DNA from: Octopus vulgaris
Taxonomy: Eukaryota
Assembly: GCA_951406725.2 (NCBI GenBank)
Contig: OX597820.1
Span: 66,278,001-66,342,000, forward strand
Direction: 5' to 3'
Length of the DNA: 64,000 nt
Shown: positions 41,192 to 54,453 of the stretch, piece after piece
How positions within the stretch are numbered: the stretch's first letter is position 1
How the letters are laid out: the number at the start of each line of letters is the position of its first letter
Made by a program: the position numbers and the translations under genes
Notes under the pieces: model-generated
Told to the model about the DNA's origin: nothing
What the model saw: the letters and a program-made list of their open reading frames with translations, nothing else
Database searches by the model: none

Positions 41192-41329
41192 TATGTGAAT
41201 TCATACATAAATTGATACATAAATATCTGCATTGAAATTCATACCTACATACAGGTTTACGTAGATTTTGATTATAAAGTTTTATTGGAAATTTTTACTA
41301 ATTGTTGTGTTTGTTCTAATAATGATTTC

Positions 41330-41730
41330 AAATTTTGGCACAAGGCCAGTAATTTCGGGGAGGGGGTAAGTCGATTGCAGCGACCCCCCAGTACTCAACT
41401 GGTACTTATTTTATCGACCTCCGAAAGAATGAAAGGTAAAGTCGACCACGGCGGAATTTGAACTCGGAACGTAAAGACGAACGACATTCTGCATAGCATT
41501 TTTGCCCGGCGTGCTAACGTTTCTTATTTCTTTTTTGCCCACAAGGGGCTAAACACAGAGGGGACAAACAAGGACAGACAAAGGGATTAAGTCGATTACA
41601 TCGACCCCAGTGCGTAACTGGTACTTAATTTATCGACCCCGAAAGGATGACAGGCAAAGTCAACCTCGGTGGTATTTGAACTCAGAACGCAGCGGCGGAC
41701 GAAATACCACTAAATATTTCGCCCGGTTTG
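41330..41730 (-). mobile_element. Two SINE family B units
   Basis: Reverse-complement matches to the family B consensus. Confidence 0.85.
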
Positions 41731-42260
41731 CTGTGTTTGTTCTGATAATGCATACACACGCGGGTACATATATAGCCTTATTATTATTATTATTATTATT
41801 ATTACGCACATACATATGGCTATCTACACGTCAGTATATAGTGTCCGCCTATCAAATTTCACTAACAAAGTATTTGGTCAACCGTGGGTTAAACTGGAAA
41901 ACTAAAAATCACGTAATGGGACCGAACCCAGAACACCCACGAATGCTGATCGAATTTCTTTCATATTACACCTCGACGTTTTTAATATACAATATATGCA
42001 GTCTTTGTGTGTGTGTGGGGAGGGGGTGTTTCAAAATCCATAAGAATGAATCATTTCTATGCTTTTATTTTTTTATTTTTAGACAACGCAATGATGTTTT
42101 TTTAATGGGTGGGAGTTTTCTTGATTTCGGGTGGATCCGAAAATTTTCACGACGTATGAAAATATTGCGATAAAACGAATAGATCTCAAAAGCTTTCTTG
42201 CTTGTGAATGTTGTGACGTGTGTATACACACACACACACGTTTATGTATATACATACTTG

Positions 42261-42296
<36 letters not shown>

Positions 42297-44149
42297 CGTA
42301 TGTGCATATTTATACATCACATGTGTATGTTTGTATATGTATTTGGTACGTGTGTATAATGGTGTCCATGACACCACGATCGAACAATGATGATGATGAT
42401 ACCTTTTTATTATGCCAAGTTGTTCTGTAAGTTGGGTCATTACATAGCTGCGTATATTAAGTTGGTATGTTGTATATACACGTTTGTATATGTGTGTGTG
42501 TGTGTACATGAGAGAGAGAGAATGAGTTTCACTAATGCTTTGACTGTATTATGTCCTAACTTGGGTCTTTCAACAGATCTTTACAAGACCCTTCGTTCGT
42601 TTGTTCTTCAGTCTGATTTTTATATACATCAGCAACAGAAAAGACCCGCTGGAAATAGTAGCCACAATTTTTCCACAAAGAAAAATTGAAGGAAAAATTG
42701 AAAGGAAACTTCTACCGTCATAAAAATAAAAATAAAAAAATATGCGACAGACTTTATCAGAAACTGAACTTGTGTCGTAAAGTGTATTGTGTGACTTGGG
42801 TAAAAAGACGGTTAAGTTCTCGGCGGGAATGTCTTTGATGATAAGCTTTCCTGATCAAGATTGACTTGAGGCTTGTCAACAACAACAACAATATAATAAT
42901 TGATTATTTAGTTCCTTGCATTCATCGTTCACCTTGATATTAAGCGTTGTAATTTTTTTTATGTGAAACACTGATACATACTCCAGTATGGCCTTAGTGG
43001 TTTTTGATGGTTAAAACGAAGTAACTAAAGAAAACACGTACACACACACACAAACAATATACTCTCGACTAATAGAGAAGATATGTTCATGAATGCCCTA
43101 ACGTCCGTTTAATCGAAGTTATGACAATTTTTTGTTTCGTTTTTGTTTTCTTGGCTTTAAAAAAATAAAGAGAAAACGGCTTAAATACAATATATATATA
43201 CTGCAGCACAAAATAAAATTAAGTTCTAATAACATGAACTTTTTTATTTCCTTGTTACACTGTATATAGTTCAAGAAGTGACACGTCATAACCATTATTT
43301 TTTTATTAATATTCACCCTGTTAACTTTGTCAACACACACAAACACATACATGGATATATGTAGAGAAAGAGAGAAACGTATATCAACAACCCATTATCA
43401 TATAAGTCTATAAGTTTTTTATTACAAAGACACTTCTCTCTCTCTCTCTCTCTTTTTCTCTGTCCTTCACACACGTTTAACCGAGGTAGAGAGAGAAAGA
43501 GAAAATGAATTATAACTTAGTATCGTATATACTGAAAAACCTTTTAACCTGTCGAAAGTAAAAAGAAGGCTCTTCGCTGAACAAACTCTTTCGCATGCAC
43601 ACACACACACACGGCACTCAAATTTGAAAGAATAAACGTGTGTGTGTATACTTATACACGCAATACATGTATAATGTAAACATTCGACTATTGTGATCAT
43701 ATTGGGACAATCTGATAACAATATCCGTGATTGTAATAACCGAATTTGTAATTTACATATGTATCTGCCGAGAAATGAAAGTATTCGATTGATTGCCTAA
43801 TTATATATACACACATACATATATATGCATAGCCGGGTACTTCTGCAGAATTACCAAATATTATATCTTACCGTGTGTATGTATTAATATTATGTTACAT
43901 ATTCGCGTTCGATCTCGCTGTGGCCCACACTGGCTTTTATAAATCACTCACAGGTGAATTGAATTACATACCAAAAAGTACCAGTAGCTAATGTGAACAT
44001 TGATTCAAAATCAATACGTCTTTTTGTAACTGTCAATAAGCAGACTTGTGCCAATGTAAACAAATCGATATTATCAAATCTCACACATTGCGTTCTGTTA
44101 TTAAAGAACAACATATCGCACTAACACACACACACATACATACCTGCGC

Positions 44150-44460
44150 GCGTGTTATGCGTGTGGTCTAAGGAAGCTCGTTCTGCAAACCGGTCGGTTT
44201 CGGGTTCAGTTCTTACTGTTCGTCACTTTTGGCAAGTGACTTCTACTTATAGTCCCCGGTCGACCGTTTCCTTGTAAATGACTTTGGTAGACGGAAAACT
44301 GTATGGAAGCCCGTCGTATATATAATATATATTGGTGTGTGTGTGTGTGTGTGTGTGTCTCCTCCCTCCCACCACTTCTCAACCGATGTTGGTTTGTTTA
44401 CGTCCTCATAAACATAGCGGTGCAGCAAAAGACACCGAAAGAAAAAGTAACGGACTTAAA
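44150..44460 (+). mobile_element. Diverged SINE family A, 3' end interrupted
   Basis: Head, CORE-like body and internal TG repeat. It abuts the tRNA-hammerhead element. Confidence 0.7.
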
Positions 44461-44477
44461 ACAAAAAAAAAACCCCA

Positions 44478-44723
44478 CATTATTTACATTCGACGGATAT
44501 TTGTCCTCATCTTGTTTGTTGTTAACACGACGTTTCGGCTGATATACCCTCCAGCCTTCTTCAGGTGTCTTGGGGAAATTTCGAACCTGGGTTCCCATTC
44601 CTAAGGTATTTTTCCATGTCATTATTATTAGTATTATTATTCTTGTTCAGGTCACTGCTTGGAATCGAACTCGGAATACTTGGGGTTAGTAGCCCGCACT
44701 CTTAACCACTACGCCATATGCCC
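44478..44723 (-). mobile_element. tRNA-headed short element carrying a minimal hammerhead ribozyme
   Basis: A box TGGCGTAGTGG (44716-44706), B box AGTTCGATTCC (44671-44661), AAT linker, hammerhead at 44569-44524. Confidence 0.75.
44524..44569 (-). ncRNA. Minimal type I hammerhead ribozyme
   Basis: GACAC CUGAAGA A GGCUG-gaggguauau-CAGCC GAAA C GUC| GUGUU: stem I 5 bp, stem II 5 bp, palindromic ACGU in place of stem III. Confidence 0.75.
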
Positions 44724-44756
44724 GTGGGTAATTAAATATAGAACTGAAAAAATAAT

Positions 44757-45480
<724 letters not shown>

Positions 45481-45680
45481 TATTTTAGATGTTTGCCACA
45501 AGAACAGCTTGGGGGAGGTGGAGATGAGTCTATTACATCGATCCCTAGTGCATAACTGGTATTTATTCCATTGACTGCGAAAGGATGAAAGGCAAAGTCG
45601 ACCTCGGCGGAATTAGAACTCTGAACGTAACGGCAGTCTTAATAATCATAATAATAATAATTTTTTTTTTTTGTTTATTT

Positions 45681-45960
45681 ATGCTCTTTTCCCGGTTTCC
45701 CGGTTTCTGTGGCGTATGTGTTCCCCCCAGCTGGACGGGGCGCCAGTCCATCGCAGCGTTACTCAAGAAACAGGAGGAAAGAGTGAGAGAAAGTTGGGGC
45801 GAAAGAGTACAACGGGGGTCGCCACCACCCCCTGTCGGAGCCTCGTGGAGCTTCAGGTGTTTTCGCTCAATAAACACACACAACGCCCGGTCTGGGAATC
45901 GAAACCGCGATTCTCCGACCGCGAGTCCGCTGCCCTAACCACTGGGCTATGGCGCCTCCA
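45681..45960 (-). mobile_element. tRNA-derived SINE, H2B2 + tail Y
   Basis: Head and body nearly identical to 51482-51865, tail like 38905-39164. Confidence 0.85.
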
Positions 45961-45964
45961 CAAT

Positions 45965-46139
45965 AATCATCATCATCATTGTTCGACCGTGGTCGAGACA
46001 ATGGAATTTACCATGCTACGCGACTTCACGGTCCATCATAGCATTACAGAGGTCCTGCTGCTGGATGCCTGTATCCCTGGAGATTACATCAGGGTAGGAG
46101 AGTATGCGCCCTCTGGTATTGCGAGTAGATGGCTTCCAC
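45965..46139 (-). mobile_element. 3' end of an RTE/RTEX-type LINE with (ATG)n tail
   Basis: WKPSTRNTRGRILSYPDVISRDTGIQQQDLCNAMMDREV.. fits the W.P..GR...Y.D.I..DTG...AM.DR..W C-terminal pattern. Confidence 0.6.
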
Positions 46140-46156
46140 AATAATAATAATAATAA

Positions 46157-46373
46157 TCCCTTCTACTGGAAGCACAACGCTTCAAATTTGGGGGAAGGAA
46201 TTAAGTCAATTGCATTGACCCCAGTGCGTGACTGGTACTAATTTAATCGACTCCGAAAGGATGAAAGACAAGTTAACCTCGGTGGAATTTGAACTCAGAA
46301 CGTAGCGACGGGCGAAATACTACTGCTAAGCATTTCGCCCGGCGTGCTAACGATTCTGCCAGCTCACCGCCTT
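46157..46373 (-). mobile_element. SINE family B
   Basis: Full-length reverse copy between (AAT)n runs. Confidence 0.85.
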
Positions 46374-47171
46374 AATAATAATAATAATAATGATGATAAT
46401 AATAATAATAATAATGATTATAATAATGTCCTGCATTCTATTTGTTCATGGCGGTGCCCCAGCATGACCACATTCAGATGACTGAAACAATTAAAAGATG
46501 AAAGACACACACGCATACATGCATGTATACTCACACACACACACACACATATACATGACATGATTACGTACTATACATACATAGACACATAATGATTAAA
46601 TAAGAAGGGAAAAAAGAAGATGGTGATTAATTAATTCATTACATCCGTTGCTTATTGTTTTAGCCGGTGCTAAATTAATGAGTACCATTTCTTCAGAAGG
46701 TGAACAATTTCATAAATGCTGAAGAATTTCATAGAAAGTATTTAAATATTGAGAAATGCCAATAACAACAACAACAACAATAATAATAATATAATAATAA
46801 TAATAATAATAGCATAGACATATTGTCTATTTCATAACATCAAAGGCGCACATCAGAAGCAAATAATCATATATATTTATTATGGATGGATGTATGTGTG
46901 TATGTATTTATGTGTTCATGTATGTATATACATATTTTTAAGTATTGTATATAAATATATATTTAATTACTCTTTGTAACGACTGGGTAATTTTACAAGT
47001 AGTATTTACTTTAATTGTAAAATTATCGATGAAAAAGTATAATGCGACTTCGACGATATTCCGTCTTTTCTGTTCGCCTTACACTCACTCCACGCTCGTC
47101 CGTGATTTGAACTCGGACTACGAATCATATAGAAACGTAAGCAAACACACACTCAAAGGGTTTTTTTTTCA

Positions 47172-47423
47172 TCTTTTACTTGTTTCAGTCATTAGACTGC
47201 GGCCATGCTGGGGTACCACCTTGAAGAATTTTAGTCGAAGAAATCGACCCCAGTACTTAGTATTGCGCGCGCGTGGGTGTGTGTGTAAAGCCTGGTACTT
47301 ATTCTGTTGCTTTCTTTTGGCCCAAACTGCTAAGTTACAGGGACGTAAACACACCAACATCGGTTGTCAAGCGGTGGTGATAGGATAAACACATACACAA
47401 AGACAGACACATACTCACACACG

Positions 47424-47466
<43 letters not shown>

Positions 47467-47797
47467 TAGAGAAAGAGATTTACAATATAGAATTGTGATA
47501 GGATCCTAGCATTGGACCCTGCCGTAAGAATACTTGAGAATTCTTCCTTAATCTAAATAATATTGTTAGCCTGGTGGGCCAACAGAGAGCATATGATGTA
47601 TTTTGCCCAGAGTGATAATATTTCACTATTAGCTTTATACACGACGGACTTCTTCCAGTTTCCGTCTATTAAATCCACTCAGAAGGCTTTGGTCGGCTTG
47701 GGGCTCTAACAGAAGACACTCGCTCAAGGTACCACGCAATGGGATTGAACCCGGACTCGTGGTTAGGAAGCAATCTTCTTACCAGACAGCCACGCCT
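47172..47797 (-). mobile_element. SINE family A with an insertion in its internal microsatellite
   Basis: 3' half at 47172-47420, 5' half at 47640-47797. Confidence 0.75.
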
Positions 47798-48337
47798 GTT
47801 TTTTTTTTTTTCGTTTTTTTTTTTAATGCCAAGTTTTAATAAAAACAATTTACCATTAAACTGAAGAATTACTAGAAACTGTTTTGGTACTGTACATGTT
47901 TATATTAAACTTTTACAAGAAGGCGAGTGACTGTGACTTCGAAGTATCGGCCTGCTCGCCTTCACCGGACGTGTGTGTGTGTGTTTATACGTACGTGTAT
48001 CTAAGTGTGTTTCTATATATGCTGCCTGGATACACAACTCAGGATTGCCCAGATGAATTTCCTAAAAAAAAGTCTTGCAAAGCAGCGGTGTGTGTTAGAA
48101 AATAATCTTCTCCAAAAATGAAAACTTTGGTAATAAATAATTTTTTAAAAAATACTCTGTGTGTATGTGTGTGTGTGTGAGTGAGTGAGAGAGAGATTGA
48201 GGATAGGTTGTAAATCTTTTTTTATTAAACTGAAGTGATGTTTCTTGGTGTTAGTTGGTAGTTTTTTTGGGTTTTTTTTTTTTTTTGCAGTTAAAAAATA
48301 AAAGTTGAAAAATTTCTCTGAAAAGAAAGAAAAAAAG

Positions 48338-48499
48338 AGGCGCAGGAGTGGCTCTGTGGTATGTAGCTTTCTTGCCAACCACATGGATCCGGGTTCAGTC
48401 CCACTGCGTGACACCTTGGACAAATGTCTTCTGCTATAGCCTCCCGACTGAAGCTTTTGTAAGCGGATTTGGTAGACGTAAACTGAAAAGAAGCCCGTC

Positions 48500-48563
<64 letters not shown>

Positions 48564-48760
48564 CTGTGTGTTTGTACCCCAACCATCTCTTGACAATTGA
48601 TGTCAGTGTGTTTATGTCTCCGTAACTTAGCGGTTCGGCAAAAGCGACCGATAGAATAAGTATTAAGCTTACAAAAAATAAGTTCTGGTGTCGGTTTGTT
48701 CGACTAAAGGCGGTGCTTCAGCATGGCCGCAGTCAAATGACTGAAACAAATAAAAGAAAG
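48338..48760 (+). mobile_element. SINE family A, full length
   Basis: Near-consensus copy. Confidence 0.9.
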
Positions 48761-49319
48761 AGAAAAAAGCAGTCCTGAAAAGTATGATAATCTACTTGTA
48801 ATCAAGTGATACCGCATGGCCGAATGGTTTAGGAAGTTAGTGGGGATTTTAGTCATGAAGGTGCTAGGTTCGGTCCTAGTTAACGGCTTCGGGGATGTAT
48901 TTTGTTTTACTTTTTTTTTAATATCTTTTCTCATTGCCTTGAGTTGTGTAACACAGTGAGAAGAATTCGATCTCGTTTCTCCGTATCTGCAGTGTCTTTT
49001 ACCCCACCCCACCCGAGGCTTCCAGTTAACTTGAATTTTGTGCGTTAAGATGGATAGACGGAAACTATGCAGAAGCCCGTCAGATTTTTTTGTGCCTGTA
49101 ATACAAAAGTCCAGTTTTGTCATAAGCTGTGTGTGTACCACGCTGATTCTACTTGAGAATTATGTTAAAGGTACACTTTCTAATTGGAAATAATACTCAG
49201 TTTCTTTCATGAGAAGAGCTGGTAGATTTGTTGAGCGAATATCTGAGCACTCAGTAATGAAACGAATGAGGATCCATTTATGTTCCAATATTCGTAAATA
49301 CACACACACACACACACAC

Positions 49320-49361
<42 letters not shown>

Positions 49362-50311
49362 GCACACATTTTTAGATGGATGGATAGATAGATTGATTGA
49401 TTGATAAGATTAGTCGATGGACAGTATGATAAACATATGCAGACGATCATCCATTGGGCGATATTCAATAAAAGATAGATCGATATCGAATGTCTAATGA
49501 TTGATTGATTGACTGATTGATCCAATTTGTAACTGGATTTCACAACCTTGTTTTATCGAATCCATCAGCGATTTTTCTTTGAGGAGTGATAAATCGATAA
49601 GCGACTACTTCCGTTTGATCTCTTCTTCCTATGACGCCGCCCTTACCATTACTACCTCATTGTGACTTTTAGCAATCGGAGGAATATGGCCATATGATAA
49701 TGGACGTCACGATACGAAACGACATATTGTCGATTGAAAAGGATATGAAGATGTATGTCGCGATACGCATTGATACGAAGAGCTTGGTGATACGAAGTGA
49801 CATGAAGTTGTACAGTGTGGCACAAAGTGCTTCCACGCTGTGGATAAACCGTACGAAGTAACGCATGATCACAATGATAACAAACAGGATATCACTCTAG
49901 CTTTACTGTCTAACTGACCGGAGATGGAAGGACATTTATACAACTCTTACGAGGAATCGCGGCCAGCTGGTACCATTTTCGGCAGCATAATCCACGATAA
50001 TTGCGATAGTTCCCCATGTTACCTCTGCGTTGTAAAGTTTATTGGTTGTTGCTGTGTAAACCCAAATCAGTCCTGAATGAGTAGGCCTGTAGTCAAAGAC
50101 TTTCCAACCAAAACACTGTTAAGCCAGTAGGGTATGACTTGAAGGAAATATGGCTGATGTTTTACAGCAGATACAAAGACGGATGTACACCTTAATATGA
50201 AGTGTAGTTTGAAACTCTAATTTGAAACTGATACGAAGATATGAAACAATGTTATGAGAGGTGATTCGAAAATGTAATCCCTGTTAAACTGTGAGTTGAG
50301 GAACATTTGGC

Positions 50312-50688
50312 GGATCTTTTCGGTTTGAACGGCAGTTTTTAACATAATTTCTAGGTAACTAAAAAATTTTAAACTTCGTATACTGGTAGAATGTGTCTAT
50401 AAAACATCTTTTTCTCTTGGCTTTATTGAGAAAATTTTATAGTTTGTAAGATATTTGGGTTTTTTTTCTTCAATTTCTGCAATTTCAACTAAACAACATT
50501 CTGTGCCGTATGAATATGTCCCTCGTTTAAGAAACAAATTGGGTTTATTTACATTTGTGAAGAAAAAGATACCCTTCCCTCCACACCTAACCCTAACCCT
50601 AAAATAGATCGATACTAGGGTTATAATTATGGGTGACAATTTCATATGACACCGCAAGAAAAAACTGCCGTTCAAACCGAAAAGATCC
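50312..50688. mobile_element. MITE with 29-bp perfect TIRs (Merlin-like)
   Basis: GGATCTTTTCGGTTTGAACGGCAGTTTTT / AAAAACTGCCGTTCAAACCGAAAAGATCC, 8-bp degenerate TSD CATTTGGC/TATTTGGT, internal CCTAACCCTAACCCTAA. Confidence 0.85.
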
Positions 50689-50959
50689 TATTTGGTTGTT
50701 ATTTCTAGCGGGACGAATGATCAATTAGAAACTTCCTCGTTAATAATACGAGGTGTTGCTAACAAAGACATACATTGTAATGTAATGTATATAAGGTGTG
50801 ATGCAAAGATAAACTGTACGCCGTTATACGAACGAACTATGGTTTGAAACTCTACATCATGGTTTGATGTGATACGTAGTTATTTTCTTTCTTATTTTCT
50901 CTTGATTCTGGTATTCAAATTCCGCCTCAGATTTCGGACAGTCAGCTAAAATATCAGCG

Positions 50960-51314
50960 TGGTCGCGTCGGCAAAATGCTTAGCAGTATTTCGTCGGCTT
51001 TTGCCTTTCATCCTTTTTGAGGGTCGATAAAGTAAGTACCAGTGAAACACTGGAGGGGTCGATATAATCGATTAGTCCCCCCCCCCCAATATTTCAGGCC
51101 TTGTGCCTTTAGCAGAAAGGAATGTTATTGCAGCGAGCTTGCACAATTGTTAGCACGCCGGGCAAAAAAATGCTTTGTGGCTTTTTCGTCCGCCTTCACA
51201 ATTCTGAGTTCAAATTCCGCCGAGGTCGACTTTGCCTTTTATCCTTTCGGGGCCCGCGACTAGCCCCCCCCTCCCCAAATATTTCAGGCTTTGTGTCTTT
51301 AGTAGATAGAAAGG

Positions 51315-51315
<1 letters not shown>
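50960..51315 (+). mobile_element. Two diverged SINE family B units
   Basis: Central module GCCTTT(C/T)ATCCTTT and 3' GGCCTTGTGCC-like tail. Confidence 0.7.
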
Positions 51316-51389
<74 letters not shown>

Positions 51390-51481
51390 TAATTCTGTGT
51401 TCAAATTCCGCTACGGATTTGTACTCAGAAATAAGTAAAGAACGACATTTACCTTTCATCATTCCAGTAAAGTCACTAAAT

Positions 51482-51865
51482 GTGGAGGCGCAATGGCCCA
51501 GTGGTTAGGGCAGCGGACTCGCGGTCGTAGGATCGCGGTTTCGATTCCCAGACCGGGCGTTGTGAGTGTTTATTGAGCGAAAACACCTAAAGCTCCACGA
51601 GGCTCCGGCAGGGGATGGTGGTGATCCCTGCTGTACTCTTTCACCACAACTTTCTCTCACTCTTACTTCCTGTTTCTGTTGTACCTGTATTTCAAAGGGC
51701 CGGCCTTGTCACTCTCTGCATCACGCTGAATATCCCCGAGAACTACGTTAAGGGTACACGTGTCTGTGGAGTGCTCAGCCACTTACACGTTAATTTCACG
51801 AGCAGGCTGTTCCGTTGATTCGGATCAACCGGAACCCTGGTCGTCGTAACCGACGGAGTGCTTCC
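51482..51865 (+). mobile_element. Young tRNA-derived SINE, H2B2 + tail X
   Basis: A box TGGCCCAGTGG, B box TTTCGATTCC, perfect 13-bp TSD AAAGTCACTAAAT (51469-51481, 51866-51878). Confidence 0.9.
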
Positions 51866-52342
51866 AAAGTCACTAAATAATAAACACTGAGTAAGTACTA
51901 ACCAAGAATTGGGAGAGTTTCGTCGTCTGATTGAATTTACGACCTTATTTCCCTTTCGTATGGTCTTCTTGGTAAGTTAAAAATCGATTAAGGGATGACA
52001 CATGAGGAAAATTGGTCGAGCATCAGTTAAAACAAAAAAAAAAAAAAAAGAAAGGCCTTGCGGTATATAGTTACGGCTCTTTATGTTCTGAGTTCAAAAC
52101 AAGTCGGAATCGATAAAACAAGTACCAGTAATTACCCGAGGCATTACATTTCTTTTTTTCCCCCTCGTCTTAATAAAATAGCAGCAATGATAAGGAAGGA
52201 AGAAATTGGTTGTATTCTAATGATTTCCACGTTCAAATCCTGCCCGGGGGTGCTCTTTTATATTGCAACACTCTGGGTGGGAAGGAGTCGATATTATAAG
52301 TACCAGCTAAGTACTACTGGAAGTCGATTTTATCGAGTGGAA

Positions 52343-52376
<34 letters not shown>

Positions 52377-52489
52377 CCTATCCTATATCTATCCTATATC
52401 TTTCTATCATCTATCTATCCTATATCTATCTATCTATCTGCATCACTTTCTCCCTTTCTCTCTCTTCGTTTATGTCTCTCTCTCTCTCT

Positions 52490-52541
<52 letters not shown>

Positions 52542-53189
52542 ATGTATATGTTACACATGCATATCTTCACTTTTATCTCTCTCTTTCATCCTCTCTCAAC
52601 ATCTCTTTCTAATCTACCTGCATCCTTTTCTATACATTTACATCTCTCTCTCTCTCTCTCTCTCTCTCTATTTATCTATCTATCAATCTGAATGTGTGTG
52701 TGTGTGGTTAGTCTTCACAACTTCTCTTTGACACCTCCCTCCCTCTCTACTACCTCTTTGTCACCCTCTCTAATAAATCTCCCCCCTCTATGTTTTCAAA
52801 TGTCTACTCTATCTCCTCTCTTCTCTCACCACCACCACCACCACTTCTACGCCATTCCGCCACTTGTCACCCTCCCTCGCTATGACTAACTTATACGATT
52901 TCTTTCTTTCTTTCCTTCATTTTACCGTCTCCACCTCACTTCTATTTAATAAATATATTTGGTTAACCCACTCACAGCCTCTATCGTAACAATAGTTTCC
53001 CCACCACCACCACCACCACTCTCCATCACTGCTAACATCATCATCACCACCACCACCACCACCACCATCGCCGTCATTCATAGTCTTTCCGCTCCCACCA
53101 TCGTCACCACCCCCACCACCGTCATCATTTATACAACTTTGTCTGACGCATATACACACATGCAGACACTCACACACGCTCACACACAC

Positions 53190-53264
53190 TTTTCATGGGA
53201 TGGTTGGTTTTTTTTCATCAGCCAATCCAGTTGTCCCAAGACCGGGTAGAGTTGAAGAACTCTT
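53190..53264 (-). other. Candidate exon (strong acceptor, uncertain donor)
   Basis: CTTACTCAATCTCTTTCCGTCTCTTTCAG| acceptor. Possible donors at 53189 (GTGTGT) or 53173 (GTGAGT). Confidence 0.25.
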
Positions 53265-53616
53265 CTGAAAGAGACGGAAAGAGATTGAGTAAGAGGGGGA
53301 AGGACGGGAGAGAAAGAGTGACAGAGCGTGTGTGAGAGAGAGAGAGAGAGAAAGAGAGAGGGGAGAAAGCTAGAGAGTGAATGAGTGAAAGACAAAGAGA
53401 GAGAGAGAGAGAGAAAAAGAGAAGAAAATAAAGAAAGAGCGCAGACAACAACTGAACAGACAGCAGACTCTGTGGAATCGGTAACAACAGTGTGTAGTGA
53501 CTGAACAACATTAAACACATACACACACAAACTTGTACACTCGCACGTATATACATAATTCCACCTACCGATCTATCTATTTATCTATCTTTCTATCTAC
53601 CTACCTATCTATCACG

Positions 53617-53669
<53 letters not shown>

Positions 53670-54163
53670 ACTAACACAAAATTCGAAAAGAATTAAAACA
53701 AAGAAATGGAAATTTATTAAAGAAAAAGTAACTGTTAATGCATAAAGGCCACTACTTCCTTCTTAGTCTGCTGTTTTAAAAGAAAAAAATTACGGAAACA
53801 AAACTTAAAAACCTAAGCAACAATATCTCCGCTTATCAGTGGAGATTTATAAATAATAATCGCCATCCCGAAGTAACATGTTGGATAGAAACCGGCGTCT
53901 ACGACTGTGTTGTTGTTATGTTGCTTACACATTGAGTAGCTTATAAAGCATTGTGTGTTTGTCATCGCGAGGATTATGATGACGATGATGATGATGATTA
54001 TTACAATGATGAAGTTGACGAAATCGGCGTTGTTGGATGTTACGATCATTCGAGTTACGGAATTTTAATACGTTCTAAAAGAGGTAAACCATTTTAGTAG
54101 ATGCACACAAACACGCACTCGCGCATGTATACAAGTGAATATCTGTGTTTGTCATTCTGTCTG

Positions 54164-54305
<142 letters not shown>

Positions 54306-54394
54306 TGTCTGTCTGTATCTCTCTTCGTTTCGGTCAGTATAAATTCTTTTCCTGTTTCCGAAATGTGTGTGTGTGTGTATGCGGAACATGTATG

Positions 54395-54453
54395 TACAAG
54401 GAAAAAAAGTTGACACTGGCTTCGAAGTTACTGTCAACTTTTTTTTCCTTGTA
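54395..54453 (+). other. Near-perfect TA-flanked palindrome/hairpin
   Basis: TACAAGGAAAAAAAGTTGACA-CTGGCTTCGAAGTTAC-TGTCAACTTTTTTTTCCTTGTA. Confidence 0.85.

Noticed and set aside
40854-41198. 114-aa repeat protein
   Set aside because: Artefact of a 132-bp (44-codon) tandem repeat inside a MITE.
46715-47890. Further CTGAAGA...GAAA hammerhead-like matches (about 46719, 47861; also 25415 and 53215)
   Set aside because: No supporting stems I-III.
49580-49659. let-7 family precursor on the minus strand
   Set aside because: Only the first 10 nt match, and the putative hairpin needs a large bulge and an oversized loop.
49669-49872. FxRIamide/FMRFamide-like neuropeptide precursor
   Set aside because: xRI/xRF motifs lack the Gly amidation and basic cleavage sites.
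50586-50602. Interstitial telomere
   Set aside because: Fewer than three CCCTAA units, and they lie inside a MITE.
51482-51556. Functional tRNA genes (also at 40345, 44650-44723, 45890-45960)
   Set aside because: The acceptor stems do not close, and the heads run directly into repeat bodies (with a TSD at 51482). These are SINE-type heads.
53190-53264. Hox hexapeptide-like LDWLMKK exon
   Set aside because: It does not match YPWM, and no homeobox is found in the window.
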